From: Amoebophrya sp. A120
Lineage: Eukaryota > Protista > Dinoflagellata
Length of the DNA stretch: 64,000 bases
Direction: 5' to 3'
NCBI GenBank assembly: GCA_905178155.1
Contig: CAJINV010000009.1
Coordinates: 372,001 to 436,000, forward strand
Shown here piece by piece: positions 31,815 to 44,900 of this stretch. Numbering within the stretch: the stretch's first letter is position 1; the number at the start of each line of letters is the position of its first letter. A program made the translations under genes and the position numbers. Below the pieces are notes generated by a model. It was not told where the DNA came from. It saw only the letters and a program-made list of their open reading frames with translations, and did no database searches.

Positions 31815-33104
31815 AGTAGCAAACGCCGCAAATACGATGAAGTGACAGCGATTACTTACACAGGATGAGCTAGAACTTGTCGAACAAAATATGTTCCAGA
31901 TAAACTTGAACATCAACATGCGTGAATTAACCCGAGGCGCTGGCCTGTAGGGACTCGAGCTCGCAATTTTCTGACGAAGCAGGAAGTGCGTCATTCTCAT
32001 TCCTCCAAAAGTCAAGCCCAAGCGCGCGCCGTGTGCTCTGTCTGATAAGATGCTTTGTGCGCTTTTGTGTTCTGCAGCGGTTGCCGGGATCATTTTATGT
32101 GGTTGCTCTTGACCTTTGCAAAGGAAGAGCTGGCACCAATTATGGCGGTGGGCCGCTTGCGCTTTCAGGTGAAGACGTTTCTGAAGCCGGCCACTTGCCG
32201 CCCTCTCACTCGCGCCGGCGTGTGTTTTTCTCGGAGGTAGAGAAACTGGCGCGCGCAGGCAAGGGCGCGACGCCGCCCGCTGCGGCTGCCGTCGGGCACT
32301 TGCCGCGCTGGTGACGGCCCCCCTGCTTTTGGGATTGCCCCGCTGCCTTCGAGGTCCCGCGGCCCCGCCTTGGGACGGAGCGCACGCCATGAAGCCGCGC
32401 AAGTGTCGGATCTGTATGGCAGACAGACAGGGCCGGCGACTTGAAGAAGGACGAGGCCGCCGCGTTTGTCCCCTATGAGTGTCTCCAACACCGCGGAGCC
32501 CGTGTGTTTTCATTTTGGGGGCGGAGTTGTGATACTCAACTCGCCCAAACTTGCAGCGCGTGCACCTTCAAAAAGAAAACTAGCCCACCGCCGCACACCG
32601 CGGCAGGCACGGCGGCAGTGTTTTCTCTGGGCCCACACGATCGGCATAGCGCGCCTCGCAGCCCGGCCGCCTGGCGGGACACAAGCAGCCAGCAAGGTGC
32701 TGACGGACCTCATCGCGGGCGGCCTCTTGTTTATCGTCGACGAGATGGGGACTATCGTCGACACCTTCACCGCTCGACAGGACCTAAGAACGTGCTCCCG
32801 CGAAGAGCGCCGCCCTTAAGGTCCTGCGCAGATTCTTGGCCCCACGCCGATGGTTCGCATCCTCGACGCCGCTGCGCCGCGGCAGGAGACGAGCGCGCGG
32901 CTTCTCTTGGCGGCGACAAAATTGCTGGAGGGCACTCCTCGGGGGGGGCCCCTTATGCGCCACCCGCCTCCGCGAGGTGAAACGAGCCGCGGGCCCTTCG
33001 CTACAACTTGGCGCGCCGGGGGCTTGCGAGGCTGTCCGACCGTCGGGCGGGGGCGCCGACAATGTGTGGGGCGCCGGCCCGAGGCCTGTCAATCTCGGCG
33101 CCCC

Positions 33105-33183
33105 GCTCTTTGCGCCTCGCTCTTTGCGCCCCGCCCTCTGCGCCCCGCTCTTCGCGCCTTGCTCTTCGCGCCTTGCCCTTCGC
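33105..33183. repeat. 14-bp minisatellite, ~5.6 copies (GCYCTYYGCGCCYY)
   Basis: Units: gctctttgcgcctc, gctctttgcgcccc, gccctctgcgcccc, gctcttcgcgcctt, gctcttcgcgcctt, gcccttcgc. Confidence 0.9.
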
Positions 33184-33382
33184 TTCTCGCGACTCGCCCC
33201 GTGCGCCTGCGGGCCGCCATTCAAGAGTGAGAGGAGCGCCGGCCCAGAAAAAAGAGAGGCCGGGGCGACCTCCGGGGGGGGGCCCGGAGCGGGCGCAGCG
33301 AGCCGGCTCACCGAAAGTGGCGCCGCCTTTCCCAGGAGAATGAGGCAAAGGCGCAAGGCCATAGCGGTCGCCGTCAATCTTA

Positions 33383-33425
33383 TCGCCTGACCGCGATACT
33401 TCTGTCGCCTGACCGCGACACTTCT
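33383..33425. repeat. 22-bp tandem duplication
   Basis: TCGCCTGACCGCGAYACTTCT occurs twice, starting at 33383 and 33405. Confidence 0.9.
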
Positions 33426-35234
33426 TCATAACCGCACGGCTTGACGAACGCTCTTTCGTCTTCGGTACGACGATAATCGAAGAAGAAGGCGCCGAAGGGA
33501 AAAAAGCGCGCGTTGCCGTAGCAGTTCGCCCGAGTCGTCGCCGTCTTCGGATTCGTCGTCCAGCGACTCGTAACTAAGCGAAGGGATGACTTGTACGTGA
33601 ATACTCGCCAGCTCGCGGTCGTTCGGCCGTTTTGTTGGGTTCGCTTCTCCCAAGCCCCTTCGCCCCGTCCGAGAGCCCTGCCGCGTTGCAGCTCGCCAGC
33701 TATGGACGTCGGGGGCTTGGATGTCTTCGCCAAATCAAAGGGCCGCACACTAGTGCAACGCCGCCGGGCAGCAACGTGGACGATTGAAGGCGCTCGCTTT
33801 CGCCGGTGATCCCGGTAGTTTAGCCGGAGAAGAGTGCGCAGCGAGCCTCCAGATGGAAGCTATCCAGTGCTGGCGCCCCGCTTACTAAAAACCACCCGGG
33901 GCAGGTGCGGGCGGGAGGGCGGGCCCCGCGCAGGCGCCCGCGGCTGCTCTTCGCCGGTGCGTGATTTTACATGATTGCCGCCGCCCTCTGGAGGTAGGTT
34001 TTGCGGCCGTGGCCTCTGGGGATAGTGGCAGGCAAGCCCCCGCCCGGCGACGGTGCCGCGCTTCGTCTCAACTCCGCACCGCGCGCATTTCGGGGCCGGC
34101 GCCGAAGCGGGCAGGCAGCGAGCGTGGCGCTTGCGCTTAGCGTTCAGGGGCGGGCGCGCCGGCATTCGTCGAGAACAGCAGCGCGGGAACCTGATGACGA
34201 CAGCGCAAGCTGCTGCGGTGTTGGGCAATCTTCCCAAGCCCGTCAGCGCAAGCCGGGCCGCCTTGTGTGTGAACGCCCCCGCGGCATGTCCTCCGTTAAT
34301 CCGCGGCAGAGCGAGGAGCGCCGGGGATACTATGCAGGCGCGTCGACTACCTTCAGCCGCGAGGGGTTCAACTTCGACCCGGCGGGCGACGTGTTGGCCT
34401 GGATCTTGTCGGGGGCGGCGGGCTCGCTTGTTTCGCCCCCCCCCCGCCCGTCGCGCGAAGCAGCTAGCATCCGGCTGGCAGGCGGCGCCGGGTTTGGCGG
34501 TGGTGCTAGCTTGGCGCCCAAGCGTCTCCTTTACGCAAGGCGCGCGCGAGGCGTAGTAGTCCGCCCCCCGTGATGTTTTTGCATTGCGCCCGCGCGCCGC
34601 CGCCGCCGCGGGCTGGTAGATTCGGCCTTCGTCTTGTTTTGCGAGCAGGCGGGGCCTTCCTCCGCGCCCGGCCCGCCGCGTGCCCGGCGGGCCGGGGCCT
34701 TCCTCCCACGCAGGCACGCTAGAGGCCGGCGCCCGCGCGCCATGATGGAAGACACGCGCCCAGCGCGGGTTTGTTTCTTTGGTTGCGCCGGGGCCCTGCG
34801 TCTTAGTTTTGTGAGCAGAGGGGGCATGCTTGAATCTAGAATCAAACAAGCTGTGCGCGATTTTCCTTCGGCAGTGGAAATTCCAAGTCCAAGAAGTCTC
34901 GAGTGCGATAGTAAATCAATTTGCTGCTGTGCTGGATGAGCATGCGCAAACAGCGTGACGACATACGATGCGAGTTACTAGCAGGAGCTAGCATGCCGGC
35001 CCCTCATTTTGTTCCTTCGATAGTCTTTTTTTGAACAAGCTGGATGGTGTTGGTGGTTTAGGAAACAATAAACAAAGGAGCAACTACCGTGTCGGGATCA
35101 TGTTGTTTTTTGTTGATACAGTGTCTGTTTGTATGATGAACGGGGCTGCGAAACACTGTTCACATTCACTGAGAGTGCCGTATCTACGTGTGCCGTAATC
35201 GGACTATCGGAAAGGGCTCGCCCGATCATCGGCT

Positions 35235-35291
35235 CTGCACTTCTGATGGTGCAGCACCAACAACCACCAATACTGCACTTCTGATGGTGCA
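35235..35291. repeat. 19-bp direct repeat, 2 copies, each internally palindromic
   Basis: CTGCACTTCTGATGGTGCA at 35235-35253 and 35273-35291. TGCAC/GTGCA arms lie within each unit. Confidence 0.85.
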
Positions 35292-35594
35292 CGTGAGGCA
35301 GGGCCGCCAGTGCGGCCGGACTTATGTTTTTCTTTCTTATACTCCCAAGCGGTGACTGCAGCACCAGGAGCCTGAGCAATCCGAAAGGGTTAGAGCTCAG
35401 CAAAACATCTCTCACACAATGAGCCGCGAGCCGACCCGGCCCCCGCAAGCGGGAACCCTAACTATGGTTTTTAAGTTATTAGGCGGACTACCAGCGGAGG
35501 GACACCGAATTTTGTTTAGAGACCAAGCACGAGATGGATCTATACACCCGGATTAGCAGACCGAGCACTACAACTTAATGGAAGGCGTGCTTTG

Positions 35595-38500
35595 ATGGTC
35601 TCCGCAGACAAAAACCGGGCCCGATGTATCTATGTAAGTAAAGTTTTGTATTATTTCTAAGTGCCCTAAGATAACAACAACGCCAACACCGCAGCACCAG
35701 AATTCCCAGTAGCAGGAACGGCTGAAGCAAATTCAAGAAGTCTCTGAGTTGCTCAAGCACAACAAAGGAAGATACATAAACAAAATCAACAAGATGTTTT
35801 TCACCTATCAACCACGTCACGACAACTTTCCCGTCCATCAGCCTGGGTGGAACCTCCACGAACAGGGCCAACAAGGAAGCGCTGTATGGGACCGCCCTGG
35901 CAGAAGTCGGAAGAAACGGAATGACGAGCAATATGAAGAATTTCTACCTGACTTCATTTCGCACTTCCGGAAGGCGCATTCAACGAAGGCTGCTCGGCTG
36001 CAGCAACGGAAGGCTCGCATGGCGGCCACCTGCGCCCCAAGCCGACCGGCAACTACAACCTCTGGTGGTACCAATTTCGACGCGTTTGCTCGTGCCTCGA
36101 GTCACGAGCATCAATGTCAATCTTCAGATGCGGAAGCGAGTGTGGCATTTTCCAGCTTGGACGGACAACATTTTGAAACTGTACCTCCGGAGGTATTTTC
36201 TGGACCTTCGGAGCAGTGCAACCGACCCACAACTAGCCCCATTCATGGAACAAGACAGCAACGAAGCAGATTCAAAATAAATCCGACGCTTCTGACCATG
36301 ACGGATGACGAGGATGATCAAAGCAACATTTTCCGGGACGAGATGAAGAAGTCGCTGCCTCCCGTTGAAGATACCGAAGGAAATGAAGAGCATTCATTCT
36401 GCTCGGTAGAACAGGACCTTCCCCGACCCCAGACGACGCCTTTTTTGCTGTGTCACTCTACGTCCTTCCGACGGTCTACTCGAGGGGGACATACTAGTAA
36501 GACGACCAGCAAATCCTTTGAAGAGCGGCGCCTGCACCGGTATGACACAACCGAGTTTCTGCAGCGAAACCGCGAGTCTCTGGAGGAGCGCAAGTCGCAC
36601 GAGCGGGAGGACATGCGGCGGAAGAGCAAGGCGCAGCGCGAGCGAGAGCGGAAGAAACGCGAGGGCACGAGGAAGCCCAATCTGTTCAAGGATTTTTGCC
36701 AAAAGATGCAGGAGAAGGAGGAGGAAAAAGAGACGGCAGTACTGCTGAACAAGCAGCTCACGACTGCCGGGTCTACTTCAACGACAAGTCGCACTTCTTC
36801 ATCCAACGTGGCTCTTAGCGCTGATACTGTGCTGCCAGGTTCCGCTGGATTTCTGGGGCAGAAGCGGCCGAGATCGGCGTCGGAGACAAAACTGCGTTCG
36901 CAGCTGCTGGACACCTCGACGGCGCTGCGGAAATTTGTCCGCGACCGCAGCAAAAGTGACCTCTTCGACGATCGTTTGACGTTTTGCCACTATAATTGGC
37001 GCCTGGTTCAGCAAAAACACAGCAGCGATCTCCGCAAGAGCCACGGCGAATCGCAAGCAGCTGAATTCACGACGGCAAAGCGTGCTTCCACCGCTCCGGC
37101 AACAGAAGCAAAGATGCACTCGTCAACATCTCCGCGGCATCAAGCCGGGACAGCACAGCAGGTCAGCCGGTCGTCCGCCCCAAGTCGTGGCTGCACTGCA
37201 GGAAAAACTGGAGACGGTGGTGTTTCGACAGGAGCCAGCCTCTCCCTCCTCGGCCGCCAGCGGCTGCTGCCCGCCTCGGCGTACCTCAGTGCAGACTTTT
37301 CGCCTCGGCAGCAGAAGGAGGTGCGGCAGATGCAGCGCATCGTGAAGAAAAGCCATACCTCTTTTGAGGGCGCAGTGGGTGTGATCGGAAACATGCTGAA
37401 TGAGAAACGAAGGAAGCCTCAAAATATCCGCATGTCCTTGGTAGAAAAACTAGCGCTCGCAGCGAATCGCGGAGTCGAGATGAAAAACCAAGAGGACGGG
37501 GCGGGGCTTGCGAAGCAGCGACAGAACAGCCAGAAAACCAGCAGTACAAGAATCCGCTCACCTCTGTCCCCCGTCGGCAAGAAACAAAGTCAAGCGGCAC
37601 TGGTCGTTGACAAAGGAGAAAACGACGCCGGTACAACTACGCACGCACTACAGCTAATACAGAAGCTGCAGCCCACCTCTTCGTGGTCCAGAAAAACTCT
37701 ACTCGCATCTACCGCTGACTTTGCCCCTACTACACAAACTGCTGCCCGGGAAGATGCACAAGATGATACTGGGGGAGAACAACGGCGTGAGGGTTTTACA
37801 GATAGTCTTTTCACAACCAAGAAGAGTTTTTCCCTCGTGATAGAGCCCGACACTGAGGTGGACAGCAAACAATTATGGGTGACGAAGGCAAATTCCTTTG
37901 CGGCGATGCTGCGACCAGCAACTACGGCGTCGATAATGTTGCCAACATCATCATCGTCCATTTCAGTCTCCGCTCAAGCCCAGCGAGCAACATTCGCCGG
38001 CTTCGCGGGAACGAGACAGAGCGGAGGAGCAGCACCGACGGCTTCGACCGGAACCGGCTCCGTTTCTTTTCCTCGGAAGGGCAGCGTGGTTTTCGATTTC
38101 TCAGGCGGACTTGAGGGCGAAGTTGGGGAAGAAGAGATGAAAAACAGGAACAGCGTACTCTTCGGAAAGGACGAAGCGCCGGATCCGCGGTTGCCACTGA
38201 GCACGCGCGACACGTCCTACATTTTCGAGAAAAACAGCCAGCAGGAACAAGAGCGATCCGGTGTTGCCGCACTGCAAGGTGTCGGCGGGAGGGACTTTAC
38301 AACAGCCGCCACACAGCACTATTGGATGAATAATCCCTCCGCTGCTGGTGCTGGTGAAGCTCCAGAACGGGCAGGAGAAGAGGCCGACCCCATTCCCGTG
38401 CAGCCAGTGCTTTCGTTTTCCGCCGAGTACAAAAAAAGGGACCACCTGAACGCATTGACCGCATCGTTGACACGGAAGCTCCAGCACCACTTCGAACGCG

Positions 38501-38975
38501 AGATCGAGAATATCACACGAAATAAAAACTGTATCTGTGTGGGTTTCAACTTGCACCGCGGAAGTTTCATCTTGATGCAATGGCCATTTCCTGTCATGCG
38601 CGGCATTGTGCACCTGCACATGCAAGAGCAAAAAAGTCTGGCCGGCGTTTTTTCGTTCGTCCGTGCTTGGGCGTCCCTACGACGCATCACCGCATCCCCT
38701 TGTTGCGCTGTGCAAAAGAACCGAAGAAAACGTAGTTTTGCATTTGCGTTGCTTCTTGAAGAAAAAACTCACTGGTACAAAGTTTTCACTCGATAGAAAA
38801 CGACCGTGCAGACGACGATGGGTCCTCCGTTTCGTCGGTGGCAATCGGTGGCGGCGGGAAAAAGATGCTGCGAAAGCAACCCTCCGCCCTGGAAGAGTTT
38901 GCCTCGCAGTACGCTCGTGCGGCGAAGTCGCGCCAGACGCTCACCAAATTGATGAAAAAGGTGAAGAGGAGGTGA
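35595..38975 (+). CDS. Hypothetical low-complexity/coiled-coil protein, 3 exons: 35595-35633, 35713-~38506, ~38797-38975
   Basis: A GTAAGT...TAG intron at 35634-35712 joins MVSADKNRARCIY to QERLKQIQE. Removing a 290-nt introner-like intron gives EREIENDRADDDGSS...LMKKVKRR*. Confidence 0.65.
38507..38796 (+). mobile_element. Introner-like non-canonical intron (290 nt)
   Basis: Ends are TATC (38511) and GATA (38795), flanked by GAGAA (38506-38510) and GAAAA (38796-38800). The inverted repeats are degenerate. Removal of 290 nt opens a coding-like 59-codon final exon. Confidence 0.65.
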
Positions 38976-39786
38976 GGAGCAGCAGCATGTGCACAGCATC
39001 TTCACCATCAATGGTGTGTGTAGTACTTACTTCTTTCCGGTTCAGCAGTATGCATCGGTGTCGCCGATAGATGACCCAGCTGTTACATACTATTGATTGT
39101 CCGAAGAGGCAGAACATGTACGATTTTCAAGATATTAGAACAGACTTTTCCAAGCTCGTATTCATTTATTGAAAAGTACTAGAAAATGGCAATATCAACA
39201 TGTCGTCAAGAAAGAGAAGCACAAACAAAAGTACAGGTTACTTGTTTCTAATCTTTATCCGTTCATCAACAACTGTAAAATATTTCGCACGACACAGTAG
39301 ATTCTCATGTAGTGTATTACTTGCAAAAAGTGTCGCAGGTTCCTGCCAAGAACATGGACAAAAGTGTTTGGATTGCAACGTGTGCTAGCTGTATAATGTT
39401 GACGTGCCGTATTATATCGCTTAGAAACTTCCGTCTTTGATTCGTAAAATATCACTGTTGGCACCAGTTTCGTTGTCCTAGTGCAAGAAGCGATAGGCCA
39501 GCGGTGGTGTTCGCGCGCCACAAAAATCGTGACAAGTTTTTTCGCCTCACACTGACCGCAAGTGGCGCATCATGTTCATGTGCATTGGAGCATATGGATA
39601 TGATTTTCAAATGATCGGAACCTGATGCTGCACGACGAGGAAGCCTACAACCTCTTAAAGCTCAAGTTCAAACGTAGATTTTACGCAACTGTAATTGATC
39701 TGTACGTAGTCTTTAGAGCCTCCAAAGCGTTGTCTTAGAACGCAGCACGCCTGTTGTTTCTCCGCCGCTCAACAAATTCGAAAATC

Positions 39787-42700
39787 ATGAAGAATTCGCT
39801 TGCTCTCGACACGTCCTCCTACGATGCTTTTTGGCAACAGTTTATCACGCGGCTATGGCTAGCGTTTTTGGAGTCGTTTTTGTTGGAGGAAAACTTCAAT
39901 GGGCTGGAAAAGCTGAGCAAGCAACAAGCCGAGTTTTTTGCGCACCTGATTCGATATGGCAAGGAGATTCTGGACTTCCTCTATGCTCGCGACAGAGGCG
40001 AAGATGTTGAGGCTGAGCCTGAAGAAGGCAAGGAGAAAAAAGAAAACGAACCACAACAAGAGCACCAGAAAAGAAGTGCGGACCTCAATATACCCGAACC
40101 ATCTTTTTCACCACCCCGCCTGCCCTTTCCGCCTCCCTGCCCACCAGAGCCGCCGTATAGCGAACTGCAACGATTTCTGGACACATGCCTACCTCCTGTG
40201 TCGACCGTGGGACGGAAAAACACGGGCACCGCGGCGTCACACCCGGATAACTTGATGACGAGCGCCTCCTCAGGAGATGTCGCGAGCAGTTTCTCAAGAT
40301 CAACGAGTGAACAACACCAGTTCACGCCCATCAAGCGCACGGAAAGCACGTCGACTAAGACGCCCCTATACGCTCACGAAAATGTTGAGAGTGCTGGGAC
40401 AGTGGCACGTACCGAAGTTTCACTTTTGGCTCCATCTGGAGGCGTTCTTACGTCTTCCTCTAGCGGCAAAACCATCGGCATAGCCCAAGCCCAACAGGGT
40501 CCTCACCAGCAGCAATTTTCGCTCAGCCACAATGTCATGCCTGGCTCAACAGTATCGACGCCACAACTCTCGCCGCCGCCACCACCACCGCCACCACCGC
40601 CGCTCACTGTAGGCGGAACGGGAGCTCCTACCCGTTACAGTGGCGAGACGGGCCCTGTCCCACCCGATTTGCCGGAAGACACCACCTCCACCGCATCATC
40701 TGGCGCTCCCTGGCAAGGTCCCGTGTCGCGGCTGTTCTATTGTGAGCTGCTGTTCTACTTGCGGACGCTTTTCGCACCTTCAGCAACTACATCCGGTGGC
40801 AGTTCCTCCGGTACGAGCACGGCTACCTCCAGCGGTAAGAGTTCCCCAAACGACGAGCGCGACCTCCCCCCCGAGGTGACGTCGACCGCGACCACGCCTG
40901 TTCACCTTTCCGGCGTGTTGAATACCAGCAGCACCAATTATCTCCGAGGACCGAGCGAGGAAAAGGAAAGCACTTGTTGTTCTGCGAAAAACAGTGCCGC
41001 GGCTAGTGCTGCAGCTGCTCCGTCGAAGTGGAAGATGGTGCCCGTGGTCAACATCCTCCTGTCGCTGGTTTGCTTCCCCGGTTTTGGCCACTACTTGCTC
41101 CACTGTGTGATCGCGCGCCAGACCCACTTCTTGGACCACGCAGACAATCTGATTCGCGGAGTGCATATCGAATGTGAATTTCATCTCGCTCACCGTAGTC
41201 GAAGGCACTTACGCATGGAGGACATGACGACATTTTTGCATGACAATGGCATTAGTACGACAAGAAGAACTCCGCTCCCTTCAATGACCATTCCACACGC
41301 AAAAAGGGTGCCCCTTTAAGAAGCAGACAGGTTGCCAAAACTTTTCGTGACACTGGTGTGCGGTAGGTTTCTTTGTATCGCATACTGCAGCAGATTCTAA
41401 CCGATGTGTATGAACTCGAGGACGAAGGAGCGGCGCCGGTAGAAGAGGACCAGAGACATGACCTCCGGCGGACGAAGAGCCGGAGCGGGGGGGAGGAGGG
41501 TAATACTGGCGGTTCGATGTTCAGCCCGCTTTTGAAGAACCATTACCGCAATCAGACCGGCACCGCGACGGGCATCTTCTTTCTCGTGTTACAGTCGCTC
41601 TTCCACTACCTGAACGCATCCGTGGTGCACAAGGAAATCAAGAGGCAGGCGAGAAGGAAACAGCAACTGGACGAACTGTTGGCGAACGGGAACGAGCAGA
41701 AGGATGCAAGAACGAGAAATATTAACCTCCCGACAGAGCCTGAGATTCTTGGTCACTGTTTGGACGGTCGGACGCGAGCAGGAAGTTACTCCTCGGCCCA
41801 CGAACACCTTTCGTCAGACAGCGAGGTACTCCGATTTCGCCTAGAGTTGCAAGGCTGTGCTCGCAAGGATTTTTTTTCTTCCTATTGTCGAAAATCTGTA
41901 GGAATCAAAATCAATAATTGATTCATCCGACTCGATTTCAATCAACATGTGCGACGTTATTTTGCTTTCGCAACATAAATTTAGGTTGTTTTGCATCCCG
42001 GCACTGGCGGCAGAACCGTGAGTACACACAGTACCACTACCACGGCGCCAACAACATCTAGAAGTCTCGTCGAAATGGTGTCTTCTTCGTCTCCCAGAAA
42101 GCATTCTCAGAACCTGAGCTCAGGAGCATCGGCATCCGCAGCGTATCAGCGACAGCATCTCCGGCTGCCACAGGATGACCTTTACCAGCCCTCGCAGCAG
42201 CCGCACTGCAAAAATTCCCTGTACCAAAGCTTCGACAGTGTTTGGCAGAATCTGTTCCTGCTTTCCTCGTTTCCCTTTTTCGGGAAGAAAGACCAGCCGC
42301 TAGATTATTTCCTCAAAGCGTTACGAGACACGCTACCGGTGGGAAACTACCCCGCAGCAGAAAATCTCTTGGGCTTCGGCGGAAGCAGTGGGTCTGCACC
42401 GACGTCGTCATTCCAAAATGACGGACCAGATCTATTTCACGGCCACGACAATGGGACATGGCTATTGAGCAACCGAGATCCACCAGGTGCAGCTGCGCAC
42501 GTGGCAGGAGCTGCTGCTGCATTCGGCCACGGTGGCGAACTTGTCGGTCATGAGCAACCCCCCAGGCGCAGGAGCTCCATACACCAGCAAACTCCGCAGT
42601 TCGATCGGTATGCATTCGCGAAGCAGCAAATTGGGGACGTGTTTCTACCGGAAGAAGAGGACAACATCCCAGTACGCGTGCGCCACCAGCGGCTCCAGGA

Positions 42701-44900
42701 CTTCATCCGCATCGTTCGGCGCGTATTGGAGGCAATTTTCTTTCATCGAGCGTTGCGGACAAGGAGAGAGTTGCAACAAGGAAATGCTGCTGGCGCGTCA
42801 ACTACATCCTCTTCGGCGGGAAACAACGCCGGAACTGCAGGCGATTCGTCCACCACCACTGGCGGACTTGGTTATCAGCAAGGACGAGCCAGTGGCATCC
42901 AGCGAAAATCTTCCAAGGTGCTTGGCAGCTCCGGCACGAGCACCACCGCCTCGCCGAGCACAACACCGACTGGCTCGGCCGCTTCCTCGTTACGCCTGCC
43001 TTTTTCTGGAAGTGCGCCGGCCGCCAGCAGCAGCAGTATTTTGGTACAGAACGCGCGACTGTCCAACGCCCTATTCCCGATGTACGAGGAGGTTGCGGCC
43101 CTGCTGGAGGCGAACCAGACGTCGGGCGGGTTGTGGACCATCACCGGACTCGCGGTGAATGTGTACCGCACCGCCGAGATCGGCAGGGTCAACCAGGTTC
43201 CCGTCCACAGCTACAACACGAGCGGAACAACGTCCTCCAGCGCTGGTGCACAAAATCATGCAGCGACAATCAAGAAGCCGCTGACCGAGCTGCGCGCGGG
43301 GGACCGCGTCCGATTCCTCAAGTGGTGCGACAATGCGGACCCGTTCCTCGAAGATTTGCGAATCATGCGGGAATTGAGGCAAACGCAACCAAACTGGGGC
43401 ACCAGCGCAGCTACAGCTTCTGGGGGCGCGTCGACCTCGAACACACCAGTGAGCACGGGAACTGCAGCCTCTAGTGCCGAAACAGCGGCGAGGATGAGCA
43501 CGCCAATCGCGCCGGCGGTAGTTGCAGGAGGACCGCAGCTTCTTGCAGCTTCTTCTTCACAGGTGTCATGGGGCCGCGCAGCTGGTGCTGCGCAGCCCGA
43601 GCCCTACAGGCGTGAGAATCTGGTGTCTATGCTAGCGTGTCTGCCCTCGGCGCGCATCGTTTGCGTCGACCAGGGCGTCGTAGGCTGGATTCGTGTGGCG
43701 GACTTGGTGTCTTCGTTTGAGGTACAATCCGCAGGGGGCAGTAGTACAACAACTTCCTCGCAACAGCACCTTTCACATCTTCCTGGAGCAGCCTCTACGT
43801 CGAGCACGCCGAACGCCTCGCCCACCACGACGACATCGGCCTCTGGCGCCGCAGCTAGTGGTACCAACAGCGGCGCACCTCCAAGGGGTAAGGTGCGTCT
43901 GCAGTTGCAGGTGCGAGATGAGCACTTGTTCGAGCATGTGGTGGATGTGAGTCAGGGAAGCGCGGCGGGCGGTTCTGCTTCTGCGCAGGCGCAACGAATG
44001 ACGCAGGGGCAATCAGCGCTACGCCGTGCGCGGATGTTCATGGAGGAGAGCACACTGCTGCGTATTTTGCGCGTGTACCTCGAGGATATCATCCTGGACG
44101 ATATCAAGGGCGAAGCCGAGGGGTTGAAGTACGAATTGTCGGAGCTGACTTTCCCATCGCTCAACACGACGCGGTGTTTTTGCCACCTGAAGAGCTGTGC
44201 CAATCCACCCGCCGCGAGCGCGACCGCGCAGCTGCAGCGCACAATCACCCTGGAAAACGAGCACGACGTCAACAGCAAACAGGGAACGACAACCACCAAA
44301 TACTTTTCGATCACGGTGAAGAACCTCGGACTGGTGATGCACCACAAGTGGAAGGCGTCGGGCACGTTGCTGCGGCTAGAGGGTGAAAATATCGTCGACG
44401 TCAAAGACAGCCGCGCTGAGTTTGTCTTCGCCGTTTCGGTTCGAGAGGGCGCAGACGGCGGAACAGATGGAACTGCGTGCGCAGATGTAGACTCAAAGAG
44501 AGTAGACGATGTTGAAAAAGCATCAGGCGGAGGCGGCGCAACTTCTTCATCCAGGCCGAATAGTAATGCGTTGAAAGTGCGCATAGCGTCAGCTTCAATT
44601 GAGCTGGGTGAGTTGGAGCTCGCCATTGCTAACCACGACGATGCGGAGAACAAAAACTTCTTCAACCAGGCCTGGACAACGCTGGTTTTTGGCACGCTCC
44701 GGAGGGTCCTCCAGCGGGCCTTAGCGGGACAGGCGATGCGCGAGCGGTTGCAATCGCTGTTGTGCACCCTGCTACAGGAAAAAGCCTTCGACCCGCTGGA
44801 CTCCGCAACAAGTTTGCAACGCGTGATACCCGGAAAGCTGGCCACAACGTTCCTGTGCTATCTCCACAAAAACTTACCGCCCCAGGGAGTGCAGCTGTAG
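39787..44900 (+). CDS. Large hypothetical protein with split SH3-like segment and C-terminal TULIP (BPI/LBP-like) domain, 3 exons: 39787-41160, 41367-41825, 41985-44900
   Basis: Phase-0 GT-AG introns at 41161-41366 and 41826-41984 join three ORFs. SH3-like pieces: LRAGDRVRFL and VCVDQGVVGWIRVADL. C-terminal beta-rich pattern IILDDIKGE..KYELSEL..ITVKNLGL..KWKA..LELAI followed by an amphipathic helix. The start codon is uncertain. Confidence 0.55.

Larger units (their letters stand above)
31930..35460. mobile_element. GC-rich degenerate insertion, probably a decayed transposable element (boundaries approximate)
   Basis: Abrupt rise in GC and CpG content, only broken ORFs, and internal tandem repeats. 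Weak RT-like fragments on +: KTFLKPATCRPLT (~32170) and LLFIVDEMGT (~32725). Confidence 0.45.

Noticed and set aside
35235-35291. Palindromic direct repeats with a spacer, superficially CRISPR-like
   Set aside because: Only two 19-bp units with a 19-bp spacer, no cas genes, and a eukaryotic context.
31927-35462. piggyBac (TTAA-CCC at the left) or Helitron (CCCGCAAGCGGG hairpin then CTAA at the right) ends for the GC-rich element
   Set aside because: There is no matching inverted repeat or right-hand GGG-TTAA, and the hairpin is short, so the element class cannot be assigned.
35454-35462. AACCCTAAC telomere-like motif
   Set aside because: A single unit, not an array.
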